Positions 35,983 to 48,500 of a stretch of 64,000 nucleotides of DNA are shown here, piece after piece. The DNA comes from Selaginella moellendorffii (taxonomy: Eukaryota > Plantae > Lycopodiophyta): positions 1 through 64,000 of the forward strand of contig NW_003314417.1 in assembly GCF_000143415.4 (NCBI RefSeq), in the 5' to 3' direction. The notes beneath the pieces are model-generated. The model was not told where the DNA came from. It saw only the letters and a list, made by a program, of their open reading frames with translations, and did not search any database. Position 1 is the first letter of the stretch. Each line of letters opens with the position of its first letter. A program made the position numbers and the translations under genes.

Positions 35983-36983
35983 CTCACGTCCAGGTGAGGG
36001 CAGTGAAGGAGAAGCATGACCATAGCGACGGGAGTGAGGCACAGGAAAAAGAGGATGAGGAGCAAGACGAACAAGAAGAGGCGCAGGAAAATCAAGTAGA
36101 AGATGTGGGCAACCAGGAAGAGGCGCAGGAAAAACGACTGGAAGTTCAGGACGAACAAGGAGAATTCCAGAAGGAAACTCAAAAAGAACAGGGACTTGTG
36201 GAGCATGAGAACACGCAGGAGGAACCACCCGATATCGAAGAAAACCCAGAGGATCACACGCAGGAAATTCCACCGCCAGAGATACACACTCAAGACGAAA
36301 GCACACAAATCGACAAAGCTGATCCGAAGCAGCCCCCGGAAGTTCAAGTTTGCAGTCTTGAGTCAGCAACACAGGACTGTAACCTTGAGCCCGAAACGGT
36401 TGTGATAACCGCCACGGCCAAGGACAATGACAAGGGTTTCGACAAAGCAAGTCACGGGCTCTCACCAATCGACGAGGCTGACGAGATGGACACCCGTGGA
36501 CAGCAGGATGGAGCAGAGCGACACCTCCACAACCGCCCTCCACGCCGCTACACACCGGAGAAACGAGGCCGCGAGGAGCAGGATCGCAGCAGTCATGGCA
36601 ACAAGCTTCCCCACAACTTCCTGCAGCAGTATCACGACTCAAAGCTTGCCGTGTACACTCGCGAAGGCATCGAAAGTTTCTACGAGAAGACGTTCATCAA
36701 GCCGACGGAGCAGCGCCTTTCCAAGCTTGAGGATGGATTTAAGCAGCTGAACGCCGCCATCAAGAGCATCCGCAGTCATGGAATCCCGACTCCGAAATCT
36801 TGTAAGGAATCTTTTGATCTTGCACAGCAGTACGAGCAGGAAAATGCAAGGCTCAACAAGGAGCTGCTCGCAGCAAAAGAAAGAATTCGCGCACTCGAGG
36901 AAGCAGCTCAGACTTATGACGAGGAGGAAGAGGAGGAGGAACCGCATGAGGGAACTACCCACAATGCAGCGATGGAGCAGTGA
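35983..36983 (+). pseudogene. Element A pol part 3: E/Q-rich linker and coiled-coil C-terminus
   Basis: Removing B2 and one TSD gives RALVIVPHVQVRAVKEK in frame to the stop at 36983. Confidence 0.88.
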
Positions 36984-37015
36984 CTGCGGGACGCAGCACA
37001 AGGCAGTCGTGGGAG

Positions 37016-37436
37016 TGTGGAAAAGGGAGAAAAAGACAAGCTCGAGGATTCAAGCTTAGGAAAGTAAACTTGAGAGGTTCAAGGTTAGGACTGTATTCCT
37101 AACCTTGACGTGAGCAGTAGCGACTATAAAAGTAGGACTTAGAATGTTTTTAGACTTATCCCTAATACAAAATACATTGCACTACATCGTCTTACTGCTT
37201 ATCTCTTCGGCTCTTCACAGCAATGTCTTACTTACCCACCGCCTTCAAGGGATCAAAGGCGTGGGACTAGCACCTTCAAGTACATGTTCACAGTCTCTAC
37301 TTGGCTTGGTACAAGCAGGTAAGTGCACTCTTCTCGTAGTGTAGTTTTAGTTTTAGGGACTAGATTAGATTTGAATCTCCTAGGAAGATCTCGTGTGGAC
37401 GTTTCCTCCCAGTCCAGAGATTTCTAGGAGTTTTCA
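37016..37436 (+). repeat. Element A 3' LTR (left boundary approximate)
   Basis: End matches 15-70; TATA-like CTATAAAA at ~37124; start inferred from a TG after a G-rich tract. Confidence 0.65.
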
Positions 37437-39793
37437 CGCCATTTCCATTGCAGGAATTCTCGAGTCTTCTCTCGAAAACACTGGGGGTCAATGACACACT
37501 CAGCATCCATAACATTCTACTCGCGACAAAAGTTGTTTTTGACAAATGGGTAGATGTGCTGAGGAGGTACCATGACAGGGAGTTGCTAAACTCAATGGGT
37601 GTGGAGGACGGCCGGAAGCCCAATGATTTGAAGCTTAACGCCTTGTGTTTCTCGCGGTCTCTAGACGACGACGACCTTCTGACAGTGGCTAATGCTTTTC
37701 TACGTGGTGAGGTAGTCTTCAACAAGACCAAAATGACTCCTGGCCATATTGTGACATACGAGGACTTGTGCACGACTCTGAGAGCTCGTGCACTATTGAA
37801 GGATTGGATCTTCGAGCAAGTGGCCGTGGAGAGGGTGAGCATCGACACCACGCAAGAGATGATGGAAGAGCTGGAGTTGTCAAATGAAGACATCGATGAG
37901 TACGTGAAGGGGGCCCCCAAGTTCATCGATCTGCTGCGGGATGCCACGAAAAGTAAAGCTGAGAAGTTGGATCAGTATCCAAATTTCATTAAAAGGGATG
38001 TCGACCGCTGGCTTCAGAAACAGCTCGACCTTGCAGCAGAGGCCTATCGAGAACCTTACCGGGTATACGTGAATTTGGATGAGGATCAAAGGTGGAGGAG
38101 CATCATTTCCCGCGGAGATGAGCAGGTCAAGAACATCTTTTGTGTGATGGACTTCACAAACGAGGAGATCACTCATGCAGACGAAGTCAGCTCCATCATT
38201 GACTTAATGGTGGGACTTGTGGAGGTGGAATCTTCAGTCCACTATATGATTTACGACTCCGAATCGTATCACAAGTTCTGGAAGGCCTTGAACGAGGTGA
38301 AGGCTCGGTTGAAAGGCAAGGAGATGCGGGAGATCCATGGGATAATGGCTAAGAAGAAGATACCGACGAATGTCCGCATCTTCACACTCGCCCTTGTTAT
38401 TGGTCCTGCAGCAGAGTGGGACTGGAGTGACTTCCCAGCTTCGTTCGACAAGGCCGATCGAATTGATCTGAGGGAGGTCAATTTACCCGTGCCTGAGGAA
38501 CTGAAGACGGCTATGGAGCTTTCGAATCCAAAGAAAGCTCCAGGTGCAGCATGGGAAATGCTTAGCTGGGTCTTCAACGCAATAGCGGGTGGGTCACTTG
38601 CTTCCGACTCCAAGGGCAAATGCGTTGTCGAGTACAACTGCGGCGGACTATTATTTCGAGCCGCACTACTCAAGGGTGTCCCGTGTGTTGCGGTGACAAA
38701 CTCCATTGAAGAGGTGACTTCAATGGAGCATATAATTACAGTTGCCAAAGAAAAACAGTATCTTCTCTGCGAACCTGGTGAGTACGCACTTTAAGTTTAA
38801 ATGTTATCTCACAAGCTCTATATGCAGGAGCGTGGCTACCCCCAGATGCTAAAACGGCGTTAACAGCTACTGTTGAAGATACCCATGTTGGGCCGAGCTC
38901 ACAACCTGCACAAGGTAAGGTCACGTGAGGCCTCACACCATTTTGATTATAGATCGTTGTGAATATTCAGTCACGAGGACTAAAAAGCGCACTGGTGGCG
39001 CGTCGAAGAAGGACCGTATGTTCTGGGGGACCTTGCAAAACGGCTTGGAGCGATGGTGATAGAGAACCGGCCAGTCCAGGAGGTGGCTGTAGAAATCAAC
39101 CAAATGGCAGATGGAACGGTATATCAGAAGCCATTTGATCGGACAGACACCAGTCATCATTTATGGCATGTATATTGTCTAGCCAAGCACTATCTGCATC
39201 TCCATAATCTGCTCAACCGGATGGGTTCTTCGACCACTGAACATGAGCGTGGACGTATTAGAAAAGAGATGGCATTACTATTGGGTTTAAATCCTGATAG
39301 TGTGGAGAGTGATGAAATTCCAAGATTATTGTATAGGCGTTGGAGGCAAAAAATAACAGTCTGAGATGGCATGTATTTATTTAAAAATGTAACTTATTAT
39401 GGCATGGGGTTCCATGCCATTGTATTAATATTAAAAGACAATTCTTTGAGAGGATTTGCATTTACAGCATGTTATTGGAAGTCTACGAAGTTGTTTTATT
39501 AATAAGGGGAAAGTAAAGATTGAATGGGGACTTGGGCTCCACCTAGACTCAGAGCAACTGAGCCAATATTAAAAGGATGGAAAGAAATTGGACGACGATG
39601 ACAAGGAGAAGAGAGAGGTGAAGCAGTGGCAGGGGGAGGAGAAGTGATTGAGTAGACATTTCCTTGTTTAAAATAAAATGGCATGTGCCTCAATGCAGTT
39701 GAATTTTGTTATATTTATATACTATATAAAGGTTTGGAAACCTTATTTTACAAGTGGGATAATGACAATTCCCACTTTAACGAAATAGAGCTT
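37437..39793 (-). mobile_element. Element D2: part of a second, inverted copy of the D transposon
   Basis: Reverse complement of D1 10089-14637 lacking D1 10870-13086; TIR at 39770-39793. Confidence 0.95.
37454..39364 (+). pseudogene. D2 cargo gene remnant (MTase-like exon, two small exons, FCP1 tail), frameshifted by a 2.2-kb deletion
   Basis: Near-identical to D1 exons 3-5 and the end of exon 11; deletion junction at ~39014. Confidence 0.9.
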
Positions 39794-42581
39794 AAGATGA
39801 CTTACTTGGTCGGATAACACCTTTGTCAAGAAGCTCTGTGAGTTTCTTCTTGAGTTCAGCCATCTCCTTGATGTTCAAATGATATGGAGCCTTGGTAGGT
39901 GGTTTAGAACTCGGAATAACCTCAATTTGATGATCAACCTCACGGCTAGGAGGTAACCCTGGCAACAAATCCTTCAAGAAGATATCCTGATTCTGCACCA
40001 ATAACTCCAATATCTTCTTTGGTATAGGATCAACCTCATCACTAATTTGAATTGAGTCACTTACACCCTCAGCTTCCATCACTTGAACCCAAAAGGTGCA
40101 ACATCCCTTCTTAACTGCTTTTTGAGCGGCTCTTGCAGTCAAGAACTTAGCATCCCAATCCTTTGAGTGCTTTTGCAGCTGGAAGGATACATTGGGACGT
40201 CCTTCTAACTTCAATATGATACGACTTTGTCCAGCACCATCAATCCCTTTAATATATTTGTTGAAGAAATCCATACCAAACACCATCTGAAAATCTGATA
40301 TCTTCAATAATACTAAGTCCACTCTTTCTTTCCACTTGGATATGTTTATTGGAACATCACTCACAAATTTTCTAGCTACTTGCCCACCTTTTGCAAACTG
40401 GAAGTGTATGGGTGACATTTGCTCAGCATTCAATTTTAACAACTTAACTAAGTCTTTGGATATCACGTTGTGTGTAGCTCCTATATCAATCATCACTCGG
40501 ATTCGATGTCCGCAGACAAACCCTACCAGATACATCAACAGATTAGTGTTTGCATTGACTATGAAAAAAGCTTGAGGAAAGCAATGAAAGTAACTCACCT
40601 CCTTTTCCTCATAGTCTACATAACCAACCTGTCAACGCCTTCAGCTTCACCACCACCGTCTTCCCTCATAACATTAACACAAGACCTTGTCTCATGCTTG
40701 TTGGGACATTCCGAGGACCTATGTCCTAACTCTCCACAATGGAAGCAATGACCCACACTACCCATTTTGCTAAGAGTAGGTTTTGCAAGTTGCTTATGCT
40801 TATACCCACTAGGAGGAGGAACAAAGGGTCTAGGACTAGAAGAAGCTGCTGGTGGTCTCCAACCACCACCACCTTTGTTAACCGTTGCTTCTGAGCCTCT
40901 AGGGCGAAACCTTCCTTCCACCCTCTATTTCCGATCACCTTGTTTTTATTCCCAGAATTTTTATTTTTATCCAAGGTACAGCCATATGGTTGCTAGTATT
41001 GTTCCATGAGTGAGTGACTAAAGACAACTTGCTACGCTGCCTCCTTACACTCCAAGTATGTCTTTGGTTTAAACTTCAAAATCTCATTGCAAGAAAGTGA
41101 ACTTAAACCTTCTAAAAAATAACTTCGAGCATCTTTGTCACTCATATTTGCAATCATAATGCACTTTTAAGCAAATGCATTTATGTAATGCATGAGATCC
41201 CCTCGTTGCTTTAATTGCCACAACTCTACGTGAAGTCTCAGACCAAGATCATCCGGCAAGTATTCCTTATGGATATGAAACCGCATCTTGGTCCAACTTC
41301 TAGTTTGCCCTTTTTCAGCACACACTTAACACCACCAAGTTTTGGCATGATCATTGAGAAAGGATTGCATACATGCAACTTTTATATGATCATCTACATT
41401 TGCCACTATGAAATAGTTTTCCATATCGTAGACCCAATCTTCCAAAACCTGATAGTCCCGCATGCCTCTGAAATTGGATGGTTGTAGAGGTTTGAACTTT
41501 GAAACTTGTGCAACCGGGGGCAGTTGCAAAACTTCATTATCCTCTGAACTTGAAGAGGAGTTCTATTGCTTAGGTTTAGCTAGTTTAGCTGCCTCAACTT
41601 CTTTCTTTCTCTTTTTGTTCTCCTTCAATTTGTGAATTTCCCTTCACAAATTCTTGATCTCGACTTCCTAAGCCATATGCTGCAATGTTGTAGCATCTGG
41701 CTCTTCCACTTCTAACTCAGCCTCAGCCTCTTCTGTAGCATCTCTAGCAGGAGTTTCCTCCTCTTGATTCACCCGTCTAGAGGTTTCAGTGTCAACACGG
41801 TTCCTTTTCACCATCCCACTAGCTGCATGCATGCCTCTATCAGTAATTGAACATGCATACAACGTTCTTACCAGATGGTGCAATCAAACTAATCCTACAT
41901 AGGTCTCTTCAGATCTACTAGAAAAGTCTCTATATATACAACTTAAGTAAAAAAATCCAACAAAAGTTGAATAGGAATCACTGAGACAATACCTCTGATA
42001 CCAAATGTAGTGCACATGGATTTGGAGCCGAACTCTAAACTTATTGCACTATAAAACGAGGGTCCGGTACAATCCCATATATCCAGCACCAGCTCCCCTT
42101 GTATCTAGCATTGCATGCAAAATAATGTTAAACAGTGTCTGGCACAAGTTTGGCATACCGGTGGCCTAGTTTAGGCCAATCTCTACATTCTGTAGATATG
42201 CCAAATGAGCAAATCCAGACACTTTCTATAAATAGCATTTGGGACCGAAATGAGACTAATACAAAGGGCGTGATAGTGAAGGTGTTTGGTAGACATAGTA
42301 AGCTATCATTTAGCAAATATTAAAGGACCAATCTCAATATTGCAGGGGTTCTTGATACTAGCAAGTGCAAGCTAATAACACAGCAAGAAACACATATGGT
42401 TCCTACCTTATGTTTATTTAATTTAAGTGCAACGTTATTGACCAGTTTCTCAACTAACTCAAGTGGGAATGATAAAGGGAACCAACTATACCGACCTCCT
42501 ACTATCATGGCAGTAAGGAAAGAGTGTCTGTAAGGACTAGCCAACAAGTATCTTTCGATACCTAAACTCACATTTGCGACA
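39794..42581 (-). mobile_element. Element C: decayed chromovirus-like Gypsy (5' LTR, gag, protease, RT start), cut by D2
   Basis: LEDWVYDMENYF, CFHCGELGHRSSEC, MIDIGATHN, IRPSKS; PBS TGGTATCAGAG at 41993-42003. Confidence 0.9.
42006..42581 (-). repeat. Element C 5' LTR (576 bp)
   Basis: TGTCGC...CACTACA next to the PBS; 5' part homologous to the family E LTR start at 47345 and 49171. Confidence 0.8.
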
Positions 42582-45500
42582 CTAAGTAATATAAAACATA
42601 GTCTAACTCCCACTTGCATACTTATCTTTGTTTTCCATCCGACTTGAGTCTAAGCCCAGGTCCCATGCCATGTTAGTTGGTGGAATACCTATATCCTCGT
42701 GTTAGGCCACCGGGATACTGAAATAGCACCAGATTTTGTTTGGCTCTGGTTTGCTTGTTAGTCTTGGCATTAAGATGTTGGATGCTCTAGGACTGTTCCA
42801 AGTTGCTTTATGCTCTTATCCCTTTGTTCTTTGGGTTATATGCTCAAGAGTTGCTTTGTGCTTCTGTACCTTTGCTCCTTGGCTCCATGCTTAGGAGTTT
42901 GGCTCCATTCCTTCGTTTAGTGGCCAAAGGCTCTGAAACTCGGGTTCCACTCTACTGTCTTTTAGACACGTGGCATGTGACATGTGGCATATAGAGGGTT
43001 TAGGTTTCACTTTGTGGTTATTTTATGGTAAATCACCATAAGATAAAGGGTAAAAACCACGTGCACTACATTTGGTATCAAAGGATACGTCTCAACAAGT
43101 ACTATCCAATGAGATTGGGCAAGTACTCTCATTGCATATGTAGAGATGAAAATGATGATCCGAGTGGGTATATATTTGGGTGCAAAGGCTTTGGATTCAT
43201 TCCTTGGGTATAGATTTCTGTTACCTTTTCATATTAGATTATGTGAGCCTTCTCTTGGGCTTATAAGATGGATTAAGATGTTTTGTTTGCACAAGTTTGT
43301 GCTTGGGCTCGTGAGTAAGGCACATTAGCAACTCAAAGTTACACTTTAAATTGGCAAAATGGATTTGAGGTTTACCATTTTTGGACAAGTTTGTGCTTGA
43401 GCTCATAAGTGAGGCACATTAGCAACTCGAAGTTACACTTTGAGTTGGCAAGATTAATGTTAACCTATTGGTGGTTCCATTAGTTGTTCTATGTACCATG
43501 GGTTAAAGTAAACCTCCCATAGGTTTATTATGAGTGGTAAATAGGCTAGTCCATGGCTATTTAGCACAGCACTAGTAGATCCTTCTTAGGTATGATTATA
43601 AGTGGATCACTTAAGACTATAGGGATTAGTTTATTGGTTCAAGTAATCATTGTCATGCTTTCTCATAATCTTTTCTTAGATGGGATTGAAAGTAGTGCAA
43701 ACATAAACTTGAGGTTTAGTCAAAGATGAGACCGAAAAGAGAGTTGTCAAGGACAAAGGATCAAACACGTAAATCATTTTCTCTTCTTGGAGAGATGATT
43801 TGCAATAAGGTGTGACTCATTGCTCATATTCATATCATGCAATCAAGAGTCCCTACCTTAATACATGTTGGTTATGGTGATTTTATAAATGGTGAGTTGT
43901 GAGATGGATAGTGGTGAAGCGCTAAACCATTTTGTCTAGGCTTACTATTGAAGACTTGGGTTGCAATGCTCAATTCTTTTTCAGAGAATTTTGCTATTGC
44001 TCCTTGAGAAATTTGGTGTTAGATTAATTTTGAGTTTGGTCGGATAGAGACTGGCATGAGCTTGTCCATGTTATGAACAAAAGATGATGGTTTTCGGTGT
44101 TGTAAATTTCTATTGGTTGGGTATGGCATTTATATTGTATTTTGTCGAATTGACTTAGCATTTAATACTCACATAAACCTTTGAAGTAATGACATGGGCA
44201 TTGCTTGTAGTGTTTCTCAATTGATGATCAAGTCATTGTGATACTTATATCATATTTATGTGATAATGAGCAATGTGTTTACAAAGTTGCTTGGTTAAAT
44301 GATGATCAACCCCAAAGTGGTTGATAATGAAGCTAGTTTACTTGCAAGTAGTCGTATTGAAGTAGCTTTCATTAAGTTCTCAATGTTGATCCATTATGCT
44401 AAGCTTAAGTTAGTGCTTTGTTTCCTTAAGAATTTGCCTATAATGTAATGCACTTTATCTCTCTCCTCTTAAACCAACTGGAAAAGGGGCAATTGCTTAA
44501 TGAGAGAGCCCTTAGTGGCTATTTTATCCCCATTTATCTCTTAAAGTTCCAAAGATCCACAGTGACAGTATATCTAAATCTCATCCCATGATCACATGCC
44601 CTAAATATACCACATAAGATGTTGGAAAGAGTTATAACATTCATTTACTATAGTTTATTGGTTTATTTGTTAATACTTGGAGTAGATTGTTGGATGGAGA
44701 AGGTGTGTAATTGAAGGCACTGACATTGCTAGCACTTGTGTTAGTAGAAGAGACATTATTGTTTCGAGTGATGAGGAGTTTTTCTTTGGACCTTGATTTT
44801 TTATGTTAGTGTTTTAGCTTCACATTAGATCTTAAAAGTGGTTGAAGAAAAGTGTTAGTGTAATGTGAATATTCAAAGATATAGTCTTCGTGATCAAGTC
44901 TTAGATATTCATTTTATATTTTACAGATGTCAGTGTTAGATGTCAGAAATATAGGCATAATATTTGATGCTTAGACATACTATTGGGTCATAAGAATTGG
45001 TGTTAAGGTAAATCTATGTGAAGTTGTTAGTAGGAGGAAGTTGGTTGAGTCTTGAAAGTTTATATTTCTAAACTGAGAGTCATTCTTTCTTTAGGTTGGA
45101 AAAATTTCCACAAATTTTCTTAGGTTTTTCCAATAGCTGTTCTATTGATCATTTTGCCTGAAAACCATTCTATTTTCAAAAGTCAGTACAAATTAGTCAA
45201 GGGGTTGGAGTTGACTTCAGTTAGGTCAGACCTTAGTAGATAGTTTGTATGATATGGCTTGCAAGGGATGCTGACTTTTGGGGCTAAGGCAATTGAGTTA
45301 GATAGAATCTAGAGTTGGTGTAGAAAAGTGGCCATTACACTTTTCTAGAAAGGTGACTTTTGTGCTTGTCTTCTGTAACATTATGCTAGGTGGTAGGTTG
45401 CACCTTGCATTTTGTTAAACTTTATGAGAGTAGTGAATTCTCATTGATCTTGATTTTGTCTTGGTGGCCCTACACTTTGTCTGAGGATGGTGATATCCAA

Positions 45501-48500
45501 TTTAGTTGTTTGATGTTGAGATATTGGTACCTGTACTATAGCTAGAGGTTGTATACCGATATGAGTCCATCTCATGGTCTTTACTTTAGTTTCGGCTAAG
45601 TGTTAATCATGCATAGTTAGAGTTTTCAAGGCATGCTTAGAGCTATTGGCTAGAGGAGTTGGTAAGCTTATTGCAGTTTGAGTTGGATTCGAGTAGTCAT
45701 TTAGTTCGTGCTTTTGCATGAATATTGATCTCATACCTAAGGTATTATATTCATGTTAGACAAGTATATAACTCAATGACATGACTTTAGTGTTTGGGTC
45801 TGGTAAAGGCAAGTTGAAGAGGGATTGTTGGTTACTTTGCGACTAGTGATTGCTTGTAAACTTCATCAAGGTCTTTTGATACTTATTTTAATTAACAGTG
45901 ATGAACTTGCTTTACTGCATGGTGTTGCAGAGGATCGTATCATGGGTTTATATGGTTTTTCTATGTTTATCAATTCCACCTTTATCAATATCATTTGGTT
46001 GCATTTAATCCGTAGTGTTGGATTGCATTAAGTCTTGGATGTGGTGATTCACTCCTTAATGATTTGTTATTTGTAGCTAAGTTTTGTTGAAGGTTTAGTT
46101 TTAGATACTGAGTAAGGTCTTTGACTTTGGTTAGCTTGGTTGCTAGAGATTTTTGGGTGTTGACTTGATCTTTTAGCATTGTTCTGGTGTTAATGGCATT
46201 GAAGTAATGCCTTGTTATTGATATTGTTGATATTAGGATTCAAATGAAATGGATGTCTCATTGTAGAATTGGTATTGAATTTCATTAGTCTTAATACAAA
46301 TAGTGTTGATGTTTGGGTTGTAGCTTTGTGTTATTAGCATTCGTGTATTTTTCTAGTTAGAAATAGTATTGACATTCAAATGAACTGAGTGGCAAGTTGA
46401 ATTAATTGTGTTCTAGATAAGATTGTTTAGTAGAGGTTGAGCTTTAACTTTTTCTTGAAAAGTGATTTAGTCATAAACTATGGTAGCTTTACGAAACAAA
46501 GAGTTAGTGATTGATATTGGGGGATATAAGGATCATTAATGATTTTTATTGTGCTTATTATAAAGTGAGTTATGTCTTGCTATAGAAGATGGATTCATGG
46601 AGGATTAGTTTGATGATCACTTATTGAGTATAACTTCGTTGTGCTTGGCTTTTGGATTGATGCAAATATGCTCTTCATTAGCTTTGCATTTTGAAATTTA
46701 GCTTATGGATATGTTGAGGAGGATATTGTGAGTTGTACCATGATTTCTTCTTTGGCATTGAAATTAGTTTATGTGAGACTCATGATCATTATTAGGCAAG
46801 ACTTGGCTATAGGCTTTTTTAAGCTTTTGGTTCCTTGAGTTTTTTATACTCATTATTTCATTTGCTAGAAGTTATTAAGGAAGGTATTTTTTGCTCATTA
46901 GTTTCAATATTTAAATTAGTATTTGCATCTGGCACTCATTGGTGATGATTGACTATCATCTAGGATAGCTTATTATCCTTGTCAAAGGTTTTGTTAAATT
47001 ATTATTGATATAGAATGATTTACCATTCTTTGGGATGGTGGATTCTTTCTTTGATGATTATTATACATATCTTTATTAATGGGCTGATTGATAGTCTTTC
47101 ATGATAGATAGTTATTCTCTTTGATGGCTTATAGCTTTTTGCATTACCACATGTTCCTTGAGATTTGTTCTGGATTGGTATCTTAGATTTAAAATATCAA
47201 TAGAATGTTGTTGATGCTTACTTAAGCAACTTGAGTTCTTTCGTATTGTTGACTGAGATCTATTGAGCTTAGCTAGTGCAATAGTTAGCATGAATAAGTA
47301 TTTGTTAGTTTTGTGCCATTCACTTTGTTTTGTTGATTATTGTTTGTCGCGAATATAACTTCAGGTATTGAAAGTTACTTGTTAGTTAGTCCTTTCAGAT
47401 ATTCTTTCCTTACTGCCAGAATGGCAAAAAGTCAGTATTGCTAGATCCTTTATCAATCTCTGCCTAAGCTAGTTGAGAAACTAGTCATCACATGTGTATT
47501 TAGACTGGAAGGGCACTGAGGAAGGAAATCCTAAGTTATCATTTAGTTAAGCATATTTGACACGGTGACAAGAAATTCATGTTGTTGACTTACACTTGCT
47601 AGTGTGGGGAACCCCGTGATATTGAGCTTGGTCTTTCAATATTCACTAGATGATAGTTTATCATGTCTACCAAACACCCTCGCTATCATGCACCTTGTGT
47701 CAGTACCATTCAGTCCCAAATGATATTTATGGAAAGTGTTTAGATTTGCTCATTTGGGATATCTAGGGAATGTAGAGATTGTCCTGAACACAATGGTGTT
47801 TGTCCCATGTCCAAATTCACAATCTAAGAACATTCCATATTTAGTAAATTTTGAACTTGTCCCAAAGACTAACTTCTGGTACTAAGGGAGGCTTGGGGTG
47901 AAAACCCAAAGCGTGTGTTCCTCAAGGGGGGGGGAGGGTGCAGGGGGGCTATGGGGGGTTCCAAATGTATCTTGCATGTTTGTCCTTGTTTTGTGTTTGG
48001 CTTGGGTCTAAGCCCAAGTTCTATACCATGTTAGTTGGTGGAGTACCCATATGCTCGCATTAGGCCACTATTATATTGAAATAGCACCAAACTTCATTTG
48101 GCTCTGTTTTGCATGTTAGTCCTAACATTGAGATGCTAGATGCTCTAGGATTATTTTAATTCGCTCTGTGCTCCTGTCCCTTTACTCCTTGGGTTGTACG
48201 CTCAGGGGTCGTTCTATGCTCTAGTGCCATTGCTCTTTGGCTCCATGCTTGGGAGTTTGACTCCATTTCTTCATTTAGTGGCCCAAGGCCTTGAATCTTA
48301 AGTTCCACTCTACTGTCTTTTGAACACGTGGCATATAGAGGGTTTAGGTTTTGCTTCATGGTGTTATCCTATGGTAAATCACCTTAGGATAAAGGGTAAA
48401 AACCACATGCGCTACATTGTTATAGTTGGTTTTGATAAATTGAATGTTATTACATTTGGGTGATATATTCACGAGCATCTTTTTTGTTAGTCAATGATAT

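Larger units (their letters stand above)
1..37436 (+). mobile_element. Element A: non-chromoviral Ty3/Gypsy LTR retrotransposon, interrupted by B1 and B2 and itself inserted in D2
   Basis: LTR end at 70 followed by a PBS. The gag-PR-RT-RH-INT frame rejoins across both insertions. The 3' LTR ends at 37436 with the same terminal sequence (TTGAATCTCCTAGGAAGATCTCGTGTGGACG...GGAGTTTTCA). Caveats: a 100-N gap lies inside, and the two LTR ends differ by a 10-bp indel. Confidence 0.85.

Noticed and set aside
42006-43070. One LTR with a PBS at both ends
   Set aside because: Resolves into the C LTR (minus, to 42581) abutting the 3' part of an E LTR (plus)
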